Below are positions 12,520 through 25,700 of a stretch of DNA of 64,000 nucleotides, piece after piece. The notes under the pieces are model-generated. The model worked only from the letters and a program-made list of their open reading frames with translations, made no database searches and had not been told where the DNA came from. The stretch spans positions 311,359-375,358 of the forward strand of contig MNCI01001594.1 of the NCBI GenBank assembly GCA_015680685.1. The letters are read 5' to 3'. The DNA comes from Gnetum montanum (taxonomy: Eukaryota > Plantae > Gnetophyta). The position numbers and the translations under genes were made by a program. Numbering within the stretch: position 1 is the stretch's first letter; each line of letters opens with the position of its first letter.

Positions 12520-15500
12520 AAAAATTTATAAAAGGAATTCTAGGTGGCTCTCATATCCTCCATGCAGTCATGTCCCAACCGCTGTGGTGAACCATATCCA
12601 AAAATTTGCTGAACATTCAAATGAAGCTACGTCCAAAACCAAATTTAGTGAAAGTCTCAACAAGCATCATTAGTGCTATTTGCTGCACAGTGGTGAAGCA
12701 TGTCTCATGGTTCAGAAAAGTCTATAATATTCCTGGTTTATCCTTAAGTAGCATGTTTGTCTTTAGGAGTTTGAAATGTTCTGCCCCAGCCTGATTTCTA
12801 TTGGGATGAAAAAGCATAGTTAATTTCCTAAATTCTTTCATGGTTCCTTTTGGGATCACCCAATGAAGGAGTTTGAGTAAGATAAAGGGGTAACGCTTTG
12901 GTCTGATCAAAACTTGCAAGGAGGCTGAAACAAGTGTTGAATGCCTTGATGCATTTTTTCTTTTCAGCACTTACAGAAAATAAGGAGCTAGATATACTGA
13001 CCATCCAATATTTAGGGTCCTCAGAAATTTGAAATGTAACCCAGACAAGTTGAGCTCATTTTCAAAATGGATGAGTTAGTGGTCAATTAAATTTGCCCCT
13101 AATTGCCAAATTGGTTCAAGTTGAGAGTGGTAATTCCTTATTGAAAGAATGATCTCACTATAACTTGGCTTAGCACGCCAAGGAGAATAGTGTTGCCGGT
13201 TGCTGGCAGCCCAATCAGTTGCTGCACAATCTCTTCAATCAGGTTCACTTCCGAATTTAAAGAGAGTTCTGTAATCCCTTCTCAGGGTGAAATAATTTCT
13301 TAATAGAGAGTGATCCGTGAGGTTTTTTAAGGCCATCACATGCCTAAACAGGTTCCTAAAGTTAATTACGAGCTATGGATTTTGCTAGGGACCTAGGTTT
13401 GTTGTACAATGTCTTGATCATTTCACACTCTTTCAACAATCTCTTCACTCTAAGCCCAACAATGAAACAGGGGTGGGGTAGGCCCTTCATCAAATAAAAT
13501 GTTAATTCAGTTCCTTACGTTATCTACATCATAATTCTTGCTACATTTATTACATCTACCTTATGGCAATGTCTTGTATGCAGTCATATTACTTGAAAAA
13601 TGCATTAAGCAGCATGATTCCATGGACCATGGACACTCAAACAATATATGTCATCACATTTCTTAATGATGTTTACACATCGGACATCTTTTACCCACCC
13701 CCACACCATCCCCTCCCCTTTACCCCCCACGCGGTGACCACCACCCCACCTCCTCCCACCTTTGTAGGTTATTTCTTGATATAATAGCACATCCTTGAAC
13801 TAACAATAGGAACAATAAATTTTTAAAGTAAAGACCCTTCCAGATTTTATTCCAATTATGGATCCCACCATATTTTGTAATGACAATTGTGTTGCCCATC
13901 TCACCAGCCTCGGTGTTGAGCACATTTAACTTCTCCCTACATAGTTGTTTCCATAGAATGGAATCCTCTTGGGCGCATAGTTATTGATAATATTTGTGAT
14001 ATATAATTTGAATTAATGGAATTGAGCTTGTTAGCTCAATCTTGTGCACAAGTTTAGCAATCCTTATGAGGACACAATCTTCCATTTTACATATTTCTCA
14101 TCTTCTGGACTCTTTTAGTTTAGTAAGAGCAATCACTTCACAAGGTGTATCCGTACTTTGTCTTTGCTTCACGACCAAACACATTTACAAATACTTGGAA
14201 TAAGAATCTTCATGATCACGATATTTTTTTTGTTTTTTGTTTTTTGGGAGGGGGAAAAGTAACCACAAAACAATAATATATATTTGGCTTTGATCGAGAG
14301 GAATATATTGGTTTGAGTATGACATTTTCATTGAATCTTCACAATCAAAGACTTCCATGCACTAATTCTATGCCACCTTTAGATAGTTAGATGCAGATAA
14401 ATATCATCAATAGGTCCTTTTTAGAAACCAAGTGTCTATTTGATTCTCTGATTAATTCTGAGAGTGTGGACAAATGGTACCTTTGATTTGTTCCTGTTGA
14501 TCCACATGTCCAATTGCATTATCATTTGAGTTAAATCCTCTCTTAATAGGTTTTGCCTTTGACAGAAGACATTTTATTATAACTGTGGGGTCATTAGCAA
14601 AGTGATTAACTAGGCATTCAACAGCTACACTGATGAGATATTGTTGCTTGTAATCTATAAATAATATAAAGAGGTTCAGACATAAAAGGCTGTCCTGCCT
14701 AAGTACTCTGCAGATTTGTAAGGATTGCTGATGCTACCCATCTATCCCAATAGTGAATGTGGCTATTCAGTGCATCTCTATCACAAGTCTTACAAATCTC
14801 GCTAGTGCTTCCCAGCCGAGTCATCTGCTTTAACAATATTCAGTTTTCAATTATATATATATATATATATATAAACATAGTAGGAAATTTATTTTGATAA
14901 CATGAATGCAAAAGCGTCATGATTCAGAAGGAATGGATTCTGAATGTACCTGGCTTTGATGAAGCTAGGGGTTAGAGATGATGATGTTGAGGGAGCACTA
15001 GGGAAAATGTGATGCACCAGTGCTTTGGATACGATGTAGTAAAGAACATTACCAACTTTAATTAGACGGCATTTCTTGGTTTGCTACATTGTTAATATTT
15101 TTTGGTAATAGGATAATTCTTGTACAATTTCTCTCTTGAGGGCTTGCTTTTTTAATCGTTTTTTTTTGCTATCTCCACTAAGTTATGTCTGATATCTTCA
15201 AAAAGCTTTTTAAAAGTACCACTGGTCATTTGTCTAGCCCATATGCTTTATTGTTTTTCATCGAAGAAACAGCATGCCAAAGCTTAGCCTTTGTGACCAT
15301 TTTTAGTAATTCTTCATTATCATCCTGAGTTATCACCTGATGGATAGGGATCATGATGGGGGTAGTCGCAACCCTGACCAGAGGCTCCAAAATGATTTTC
15401 TATTGTTCTTTTCAGTTAATTTGTTTTTGATTCAATTGCCTCCTTTTTTAGCTGGTCAATTTTATGTAAACTTTGATTATGAGATGCTGTTTTAAAGAAG

Positions 15501-17450
15501 AGTTTCCTATCTCAATCACTGTCCTTGCGTCATCTCGTCCATGACTTCCCGAAACTCTAATAAGGGTTGCCTAACATCTAGATACTTTCCTTCTAGTTAC
15601 TTCCTCTTGGTATGCTTTAACTGAGCCTTGAATTCATGTCTCCAGTATGTAAAGCAATATCTTTTACCTTGATTCCATGAGTTTACAAATTGCTTAATTT
15701 CATATATGCCATGTTCAGTGCAAATTTGGGGTGGTTTTTGGGCGATAGTGCCCCCAAATCTCTGCCACTTTCTTTTTGAGTTTCTTCATTTTCAACTAGG
15801 ATCTCTTGAATCAAGATACCCTCCTGTGCATTTCTTGTTCCCCAATTGTTGGGATAATCAGGTGATGATTTGATACCAATCTAGCCAATCCTTGCAGCAT
15901 GCCTGTTGTTTTTTAGCCAGTCATCTCCTATACCATAGCCTTGTCAATTCTAGATTGGACGAGATTCATTCCATATCTATAGTTGGACCATGTATAGTCA
16001 CAACCTGTCAATATCATATTATGCAACTGGTTTGTGTTCATGGAGTTTTTATAGTCTTTTTGCATTAGATTCACTTCAAAGTGAGTTTCTTGACTTTTCC
16101 CATTGGAATATGCATTGGCTGTAGTCTCTCATGATATTTTTTTTCCCGTTTTGCCTTTTCCTACCATGGCTGCCTGATAATAATCTAAAGCATTCATCCG
16201 CTACTTTGAAGAATATAGAAATAAGTTTTCTTCAAACAAGTCAATTATCCTCTTAGTACAAATAGTTAACTGTTTTGACCCCTTGTAGCTACTGAGAAGA
16301 AATGTCACCCCATCCAGCTAATTCATTCTACTGCGCTCATTTCCAATTTCAATTCTTGCCAAAGAGCCAATTTATGCATGGATTCTTGTGCAAAATCTTC
16401 CGGGACTCCTTTTGTAGGGGTCCTCAGGCTGTTGCAACTCCATGGCATGATAATCATTTATTGGATTTGGCTTTCTTGGTTTATTTGGCATTAAGAATAT
16501 CATTCATTGTGTTCTGAGTTTGAATAAGTGTATTTTCCTCCACTGTTCTGTTTCCTAGTTCATAATTTAGTGGTCTACCTACTCGTGTGGAACTTCAATG
16601 TCCTATCTCCTGCCATTGATTTTTTCTTGGTCAGTAAATTTCTCCACATCTAACTATTTTTCTTATTGAATTTTTGGGTTTTTCATTGATTCTGATTGAA
16701 TTTTTGGGGTTTTTTTTTTGAATTTCCTTGCTTAACTGTTCTTGCAAAGGTGTTTTGACATTTGTATTAGGCAGCTGAACTTATCTGATGATCAGGTTAA
16801 TTTTCTGGGAAATCTTTTCTCTTAGTTGCATGAGAGAAGAACTTGTGCTTTGGTTTCTGTTCATTTTGGGGGTTCCATTTATTGTTTGGATTTCTCATTA
16901 ATAACCACCATTGTACCATTCTGTGTATCCTGTGATTTCTCCTTTAGTGATTCTGGTGCTGCCTATACCTTTTTATATTCTTGGTCTTCAACCTTTCTGG
17001 TAGTGAACTTATTCTAGTTGGTTCTTTCAGTTGAGACACGTGCTTGATTCTTCTTCTCTATTTGTTTTTGTTTTCAACCCATGCTTCCTTATGTTTGTTT
17101 TTGGCAGAGCATATGCATTCTGTGGGATCCTTTTGATCCGTTTCTCTATATTCAGCTGTGCATCACCCTGCATCCCCCTAGGCGTTGTCCCTGCTTACTT
17201 GCAATGATTACACTTTTTTGAATATTGTAGGTCAGCTCTGTTTTTGGTGTTCTATCATACCACAACAATCATATGACACTAAAATGTTTTCATATCCAGC
17301 TTTTAGCTTTGGAATACCACATTTCAAGTTGAAATGCTCCTTCATTATCTCCTTTTTCCTTTGTTGCTTCCAAGCTTATCCATACGTAAAACTCGGTTAG
17401 AACTAGGGATTAAATTGTCATAAATCACATGCAACACCCTCAGTCAGATA
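12520..17450 (-). mobile_element. Old, heavily decayed L1 LINE in the first intron
   Basis: Minus-strand remnants RVLRQDSLLCLNLFIL (~RGLRQGDPLSPYLFIL) near 14690 and HFAND (~FADD) near 14600; weaker endonuclease-like and RNase H-like traces in the expected order; boundaries approximate. Confidence 0.55.
14852..14873. repeat. (TA)11 microsatellite
   Basis: Direct read. Confidence 0.95.
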
Positions 17451-17579
17451 GTTTGGAATCATGACCGAAATGTTCACTTTTCAAACAATCTTTTGATCCA
17501 TTTCCACACTATGTTCCCATTTGGCTAGTTTAGGTCCCTTTTTGCACAGAACTAGGGCCTTGTACAAGCACACTATCTC

Positions 17580-18800
17580 TATCTTCTTTTGAATTGGAAT
17601 CACAATTTGGATTGCAATCTAAAAAGTGTTTTGAAGCGGTGCAGAATCGTGATCCAGAGTGGATTGCAACCCATTGGAAAAGAGCATGATCCAGAACCAC
17701 AATTTGAATTGTGACCTACAATGATTCTACGTTTCCATGTTTACCTTCCTCCCTCTACGTGTATGTGATTTCTTAATTTCCTGCCTTTTTCCGAGGATTT
17801 ATAAAATACATATATTCTTTTGTTTGATAATTTAATGTTCTGTATAGAGATTAGATGACTCATGAATGCTTTAATTGGGAATACGTGACAGAAGCATATG
17901 ACATGTAGATTTATTGCATGATTCTACGATTCAAGATTATGTACGGTATGCTGATCTATAATGCAATTGTAGTGCAAATGGAAACTGTAGTGGCTGATAT
18001 GATCATTATTCAACACACTTTGATGCAAATACCAATTTTTTAAAAATAAAAGATGAAAATCCCTTTTTATTAAAGGTCAGAAAAGAAAAAATCGTTATAT
18101 TTGATTTCAGCTATAAAATTTAAATTGGGTTGTTTTTGTTTGATGATAACACTTCATCTACAGTGGAATTGCCACAACATGCTAGCGTTAACAGACAATA
18201 CCATTTCACATCAATAACTTGACCTTAAAATGCGTGTTTTTAAAATGTTTTCTTTTAACTAGTTATTTATTAAAAATCTTTAAAATACAGTATGCCTATG
18301 TAAAATACTTTAAATTTTTCTTAAAACATTAAAAACACATAGTTTTATGTGATTGTACTTGTTTGAATATTTTCTTGTGAAAAAATCCCCAAATTCTTAA
18401 TTCCTTCATTTTTAAAAGTGAAATTTCGAGTAGATAGTGCATCAAGCTGTTTGCAAGAGCCAACCTAAAAGCTAAAAATGGTCCCGGGGGTTTAGGTTAA
18501 AATATTACTCAATTGTTAGTTTTGGTATCTTGTTTTTTATGTAATTTGAATTGTGGAGTTAGCAGACTCTGAACTGCAACCTAGCTAGGATAGATCCAGG
18601 ATTTCTTTGTTTTCAAAAAAAGAAAAAAAGAAAAAGAAAAAGGAATTGATTGCCTATTTCAAATATCTTTAAAATATTTCTCTTAAATGTTTAATAATCA
18701 TATGAATCCATGCAATTCTGGGTTGTGATTCCAAGCGATCTGCAATCTAGAATCTTTGTCCTAAAAAGGTGATCTGCCATCCTAGCTACATCTTCAAATT
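17580..18800. mobile_element. Probable decayed non-autonomous hAT-like element
   Basis: GAATC/GATTC/GATCC-rich blocks at both ends; the right block 18700-18795 is the inverted homologue of 32925-33020; no clear TIR or TSD. Confidence 0.4.
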
Positions 18801-19421
18801 AAGTTTTGAACTAAGGTCAAATAGAAAAACCCCTAAGGAATAGTATTATTTCCATCTAGTGCTATGCAGCCCATTCTTGAATGTGATCCATCCTATGTCT
18901 TCGTTCTGATAAAACAAATTTGACCTAGTAAGGAATGAACATACCTTTGCTTTGCATTCGCATTTTCTTGTTGTGTTAACTTTAGCAATAAAGCGCAGCC
19001 CTTCTTCACTAGACTAGGGTCCTACATAGCCTTGACATCTTCTGTGCAGTCTCTCTTATTTGCTTTTTGATCTCACTGCATCCCCAACCACTGCCATGGT
19101 GCTTACTGCTATTTTTTGCTGCTCTGCATTTGTCGCTACACAAGCTGCCCTTTGCTACCTGTTGCTTAAAATCTTAGTTACCATCATTTCTTTCATTAAC
19201 CATATAATCAACCTAGTTTGAAGCAATCTGTTGGACTATATTTGTGCTGTATATAATTTGTTCCAAATTCTGACATGTACACTGTATTTTTCATTGGAAT
19301 ACATATAAGAGCTTAATGTCTTTCTTCATATAATTCATCTTTAATTAAATGCACAGAATCCTAAATGTGTTATATATGACCTTTGTATCAGCAGATTTCT
19401 TCAAAATTTTGGAGAAAGAAA

Positions 19422-19731
19422 ATGGTACTATATGATGTGGATCCAGATGTTGTACGTTGGGGATTGCATCTTCTTTATGGGGATGCAGCAAATATGACTC
19501 ATGGGTTAAGAGCTGGTCAATCAGATTACAGTCATGATCATGATGATGCGGGCAGAGAGCCTCCAGCAATCAGCGAAACAAATAATGTTGAAAATGATGA
19601 GATTATTGCCTATACACTTCAGCAAGATGAGTTTGGTGAAGAAGCTTCAGCACTATCATACCCTTCTGAAAAGCAGAATAGCTTGCCACTTGGTGATTGG
19701 ATCAGCTCAACTGAGAGACATGGTGGGACAG
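19422..19731 (+). CDS. OTU9: OTU9-like coding exon 1 (MVLYDVDPDVVRWGLHLL...RHGGT)
   Basis: NAGNAG acceptor cagcag at 19389-19394, ATG at 19422, donor G|gtttga at 19732. Confidence 0.9.
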
Positions 19732-22700
19732 GTTTGAGAACATATGTCTCTCTATAGATGTTTAAAACATAAGTTGCTTATTGCATTCGATATAAGCTAT
19801 GTTGCATGCTTTTTTATTCTTCCTTTATTTATGTTCATAGATGCAAACAATGAAGAGCATCATGCTTCAAGTCATGAGTCTGAGGCTGAGGTTTCTAGTT
19901 CTTGCTCAAGTCCTGATAGGTCCCAAGATGGTGCAGAGAATGCAAGCACTTTCTTAGAGCTGGCAGATGTTTCTTCTCCTTTCGATGGAGAAGTTAGAAA
20001 AATACTGTCAACAATGAGCCCTATACCGGTGAGAATTTCTCCTTTTAACTCTTCTGATGCACAGAGGTATCCAGGCCTCCTTAGCATGTTAAATGAAAAT
20101 GAAATTCAAGTTGTTATTTTTTGTAATGACCATTAACAGAAACTTTGGATCTATTGGACAGTGTCTGTTTTCAGTTATTTCAGTTGTAGAGTCTTTATAT
20201 TTCAATATACCCTGTTGTGATTGAACCTATTGATGAATATATGTATAAAATATTGAAATGTCTCCTACATAATTAAAAAATTTATGAATATGATTCCTTA
20301 TGATTATATCAAACATTTCGAATGATCATGACGTTTATGCACAGTAGTTAATTGTCATCTAGTGGTAATGTTGCTGTCATTAAAGTTGAAAGAATCTAAA
20401 TAGAAGTTAAATCATACATTTTGCTACTTATGGCAAAATTGGCATTTTGCATCAATGAGTTCTGAAAAGTATTCCCAGTCACAACTGTTTACTTTTTAAA
20501 TACGTTTGAGGTCATTTCAGTTTGTAACGAGCATGATTACCAAGGGTAATGCTTTGACTCTGGATATTACTCACTATAATTGCAATTATTTATTAAAAAT
20601 TGTTTAATTTTATGTTCTATGTCCTGCTGGAACAACATTTTGTTGTTGAATGACATAGTGCAGCAAATACATAATTGAGTTTTGATAATATTCTTTGTTT
20701 ATGGTATTCTGAACAGATTCATATCAAAATGAGTAAATTTGTTGAAAAAGAACATTTTTTAAAAATCCAAGTAAGATGTTCTAAGCAATCTTGAATATAT
20801 CAGAACCTTGAAGAATTTTACTTACTTTTTCTTTATTTATTTTATTGCGAACTTTAATTTTTGTATAAATACAGCTGGATTTCCAGAATCATGGTCACCA
20901 AAATATATTGGCAGCGAAAATTTTACTTCTAAAACAGAGTGAAAAGTGAAAACACTTTTAGAAACTTACTATGCATTATTGTTTTCAGATGCAATTGACC
21001 ATCTAATTTTTAGCCAACCATTTCATCTTATACTTGCTATGGTACAATGAGAGTCTTGATTAAATGTTTTTGGTATACGTTATCTGCATGCAGCATGTTC
21101 CGAGAACTAATCGTGACAGACTTCCAGAAGATGAAGAAGTTTCTGATCATCAGAGATTATTAGATAGGTAGAAATTTTAATTTGACTTCCATTATGTGTA
21201 GAGAGTTATCTTGCAGTTTTTATTTCTTTACGCTCCTGAATAGGTAAAAAGAAGATTTCATTAATTATAAAAGTTAGAATTTTGCTATAATGGCCATGAT
21301 CATACATGGCATAAAATGGTGATTTTTTTCTTCTATTAGTTAAGCTAGCAGAAAGTAATGATTACTATTTTTGTTATAGTTAAAAATTATTTAAATGTTA
21401 TCTCATACATCTCATTTTGACAATATCTGTTATAATGAAATCAATATTTTTATATTGCACACTATTTGTATACATGTCATGATGTTTAGGAATAGATTGT
21501 CTTACTATCTTTGGTGTAAATTTGGCTAGTCGATTTAGTGCCCTTTTGTTGGGTGTGTTTTGGAATATATTGTCTTGCTATATTTGGTGGAAATTTCGTT
21601 AGTTGATTTAGTGCCGTTTAGCTCGGTATGGTTATTAGAACCGGACTTGTAATCTTTGTGAATGATGATTGTATGATAGTATGATCTTTAATTTACAATA
21701 ATAATTTTAATAATGGGCTTCTTAGGTTGCTTATCTAGGTGCGTTTGATTCTATGAAGGAGGAGTCTTGCATTTTGATTGAATCTAGTTGTTGATCCTTA
21801 GATAAATCATAATTCCAAGGTTTTTGCTGCTAAATGTTTTTCTTGAATACAAGACAAGCTTAATTTATCGGTTTTCTGAGAATTTTAGCACCACAATTGA
21901 CCAATTTGTTGCAGTCTAACTATATTTGTGAGATTGGAGGCTTGGCCTGTAGATGTTCCAAGTTTTTTTCCTCTTTTAGGGTCATTTCTTGATTGAACTT
22001 TCCTAACAAAATCCCAGGTGGTGTTCAATGTTAGCAAATATATCAAAAGGTTCAATTTACAACCTTGCCAACCAGTAAGAAGTGGTAGGGATGACAATGT
22101 CAACATTAAATTTTTTTAGAGGAGAAGTTAGTTCAATTAGATTCTATCAACGGGGTAGTCTCCAGCAAAAGAGATATCATGCATACAAAAAAGATCACAA
22201 TCACCTAAGGGGAAAACTAAGTCTTCTATTTGAAAATGAAAAAAGTAGAGGCGGGACTGACAAAAAGAAATAGCTGACAATGCACATTGAGTTAGCAAAC
22301 AAAACAATGAACCCAATGCAAAAATTTGGCCCCACACATCATCATCATGGTTAATTCGTTGGGCAAGGCACTCAAATCCTTAATGGGATATGGGGAAGTG
22401 TCTATAGTATTTCTTAGCTTGCATTTAATTGCAAGCATGAGACCATGCATGGTAGGCACACATGCATCATCATGCATGGCATAACATGGTCCCACCTAAC
22501 ATTTCAACTTTTTCAATGCATTGTGAAAAATTCTAAGTGTTTTTTTTTGCAACAATATTTAAAATTCAAAAAGAAAGAAACTTGAACTTTTAACCTCTTA
22601 TCCGCATAGTGCTTCGCCAGACACTCCACATCGGCAATCTCTAGACCTCTAACGCCTTTCATCTTTTAGTAGGATTGCATTGTGTCCATTGCAATAATAA

Positions 22701-25700
22701 AAAGAAAAGGGGACCGAGGGTCTTCTACTCTTAGACCCTAGCTAGGGGATGAATTTTTCATCAATATCGAAAGAATATGCACCCGAAGCTTGCAAGTGAA
22801 TACACAGATTAACAAAATTTGGGAGGAACTTCTTACACAACATAATTTCCCACAAAGCATTCCAACTAATTGTACCAAATGCTTTCGTAATGTCCAACTT
22901 GAGACACATACTTGGGTAGTTGGCCATTTGTAGGGAGTTGAGAATCTCTTGCATCAAGATGACCTAGTCTCGGAGGAACCAACCTTTAATGAACCTGACT
23001 TGATGAGGGCAAGCATCGTCGGAGCCAACCTTCTAACTAGCACTTTGGTATATAGGTGTAGCAAGGTGTTACAAACCCTGATTGGTCGAAATTGGGATGG
23101 ATTAGTGGGATTGGTTGTTTTGGATATAAGCACAATCTTGGAGTAGTTAATCTTGTGGCAAATTTGTTGCCATTGGAGCATCTCATTGAAAGCATCCAAT
23201 AGATTCCTCCCAAGAATATCAACAAATTCCCTAAAGAACTCAACATGCCAACCATTAGGCCTAGGGGCCTTGTCGGCCTTCAGCGATGTCATGGCAGCGT
23301 CTAACTTAGCCTAGGTAAAACGCTCAAGGAGCAAGTGGTTCTCTTCTCTACCAATCACGGGTTGCACTAGGACAGACATTACCAAGGTGTTGTGGCTGCA
23401 CCAGATGTTAGCCCAATAAGAGTGAATCACTTGCACAATATCTTGGGTATGGACAAGAGTGGTTACGTCATGCATCAAGTGATGTATCTTTTTGGACTGT
23501 CTGTTTGACTTTGCCTAGGCAAAGAAGAATCACGTATTTATGTCCCCCTTCGTTAGCCATTGGATGCTTGCACATTGTCACTAGTACAACTCCTTTTCAT
23601 TAGAGAATGCTTGTAGCTCTTTGAGGACCTCCTGCTTGGCCTATTCCAAGGAGGCTTGACTCTCCTGTTGAGCTTGGATTTGGGCCAATTTTTGTTGCAG
23701 GGTAGCTCGATAACCTTGAAAAGAAAACTTCTCCTCAGTCTTCTTGGATCGGATGACCATCTTGAGCTTGTTGAGGCTATCCTTCAGAAAGTCCTAGGGG
23801 TTAACTTGGGTGGAATAATGAGTCCAAATCTCTGACACTCAAAGGCCACAGCCATGGCTTCAACAACCACAAGTGCTCAAAGCGAAAAGGCTAGGAAGCC
23901 TACAATGGCAGGTTCCCCACTTGGCAAACCAATGAGCGGTGGTCAGATGCTTGTCACTCCTTCCTAGAGATCTAGACTACAAAGTTCATTAGAATATTTG
24001 CATTGATCTAGACCCTGTTAATCCTGGAAAGGACACCATCCTTCCCATGGTGCCGGTTACTCCACGTGAAAAGGCAATTCTTGATTTCCATGTCCACGAG
24101 GTCATGGGATTGCAGGAACAGTAAGAACTGTTGGCTACCACGAGGATCGGTATTCTTGCCCCAAGACTTCTCCCAAGAATGCAGTTGTTGGTTGAAATCC
24201 CCAACCAAGATCCATTGATGCTAATTTGGTAGCAACAGAGAAATCCTCTTAAGCTTTTCTAAGCGTGCCTCCGAGTTTTGAGCCCCATAGAAATTGGTCA
24301 ACTAGATGCTCATAGGAACCATGAAAATAGGTATACTCCAGATAGATGAATCTACTAAATCAAATGGCATCTGCGAGAGAACGACCAAGCCCTTGGCCTT
24401 GCCCCGACTAGCGACAAGCTGCGCTTGCTACCTAGCCCAATGCAGCAAATGGGAATCTCTATGTTGCAACTTTGTCTCCTGCAAACACACCACATTACAA
24501 TCTTCCCTATGCATGATTTCCTTTAGGGTATTTCTTTTATAGGGCATACATTGACCCCTGTAACTTTGTGACAAGATTCTCATGGTCTACCAGTAGACCA
24601 TTTTTTGTACACCTCTTTCAAGGTAGTCTGAAAACCTAGGTTAATCTTCATCTACATCTTTTTGTTGCAAACCACTAGTGTGAGTGGTTGGTTGACCTTC
24701 TTGGAATTTGGTCAGATTGGGAACCCGTTGCCAGTTTGCTGCGGCCCTTGAAATCTCCGCCATTTTTGGCATTGAAGTTCCTTGCACCACTGACACCCAA
24801 TCCCCCAATAGGGAAAGCTCCTCCCCTTGCTCCCCAGGAACTGAAGCATGAGGCTTAGAAGTTCCACTACCTGGATCGATGGGGGAACCCTCCTGGAGAT
24901 CCATGGATAGGCTGAACAACATCAAGCTTGGTGTCAGGTAGGGGATGTCCATGGCTCCCTACCATTGTCCACCCATCCCCATCCTTTTGCTTGGTTGCGG
25001 GGGCCTTACTTCTGACTTGGCAACCAATAGTTTGATGATTGGCTTTCCAATAGATGATGCAATGGGGTCCAATAGCTGATGATCCTATTTTCATGTGTTG
25101 CTATGCTGTAGGCTATTGTGGTGAATAGAGCTCTTGACAAGATGCTAACAAGATTGGCCTGGAATTAATAGATGGAAATTGGTGCTTCACTTGATCAATA
25201 CTGATGGGCGGATAAGGGGGAAGATATCCCAGATTTTGGGCATTTTGCTAGGTATAGAACGTGATACATACTTGGGTATGCCTATATATGCCTGGTGGAG
25301 GAAGGGAACTTGGTCTAGATTGATCCAAAAAATATAGCAGCATATGGGGCATTGGACTACCCACTTCCTAACTAGGAAAGGGAAAATCACTCTTGCCACT
25401 TCGGTTGTTGCGGCTATTGCTAGATTTACTGCTTCAATGGCCTCCCCTCCTAGAGACATCATCCTCAAGGTGGGCCAATTAAATAGAAACTTCGTTTGGT
25501 TGAGGGGTAAAGGGGATGAAAGGATGCATCTAGTATGTTGGGATACTGTCACTAGGCCCAAGGAGCTTGGGGGACTTGGGGTGTTGAAGTTTTAGGATGT
25601 GTTCACCATGGGATATCAACGTCTAACCATCTAGTTGCTGCAATCAAATGACAGTTTGGCCTAATGGATCCATATCATGAAGAACAAGTACTAGCGTTGG

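Noticed and set aside
19383-20136. ORF-track proteins of 124 and 130 aa as separate genes
   Set aside because: They are exons 1 and 2 of the OTU gene read through into intron sequence
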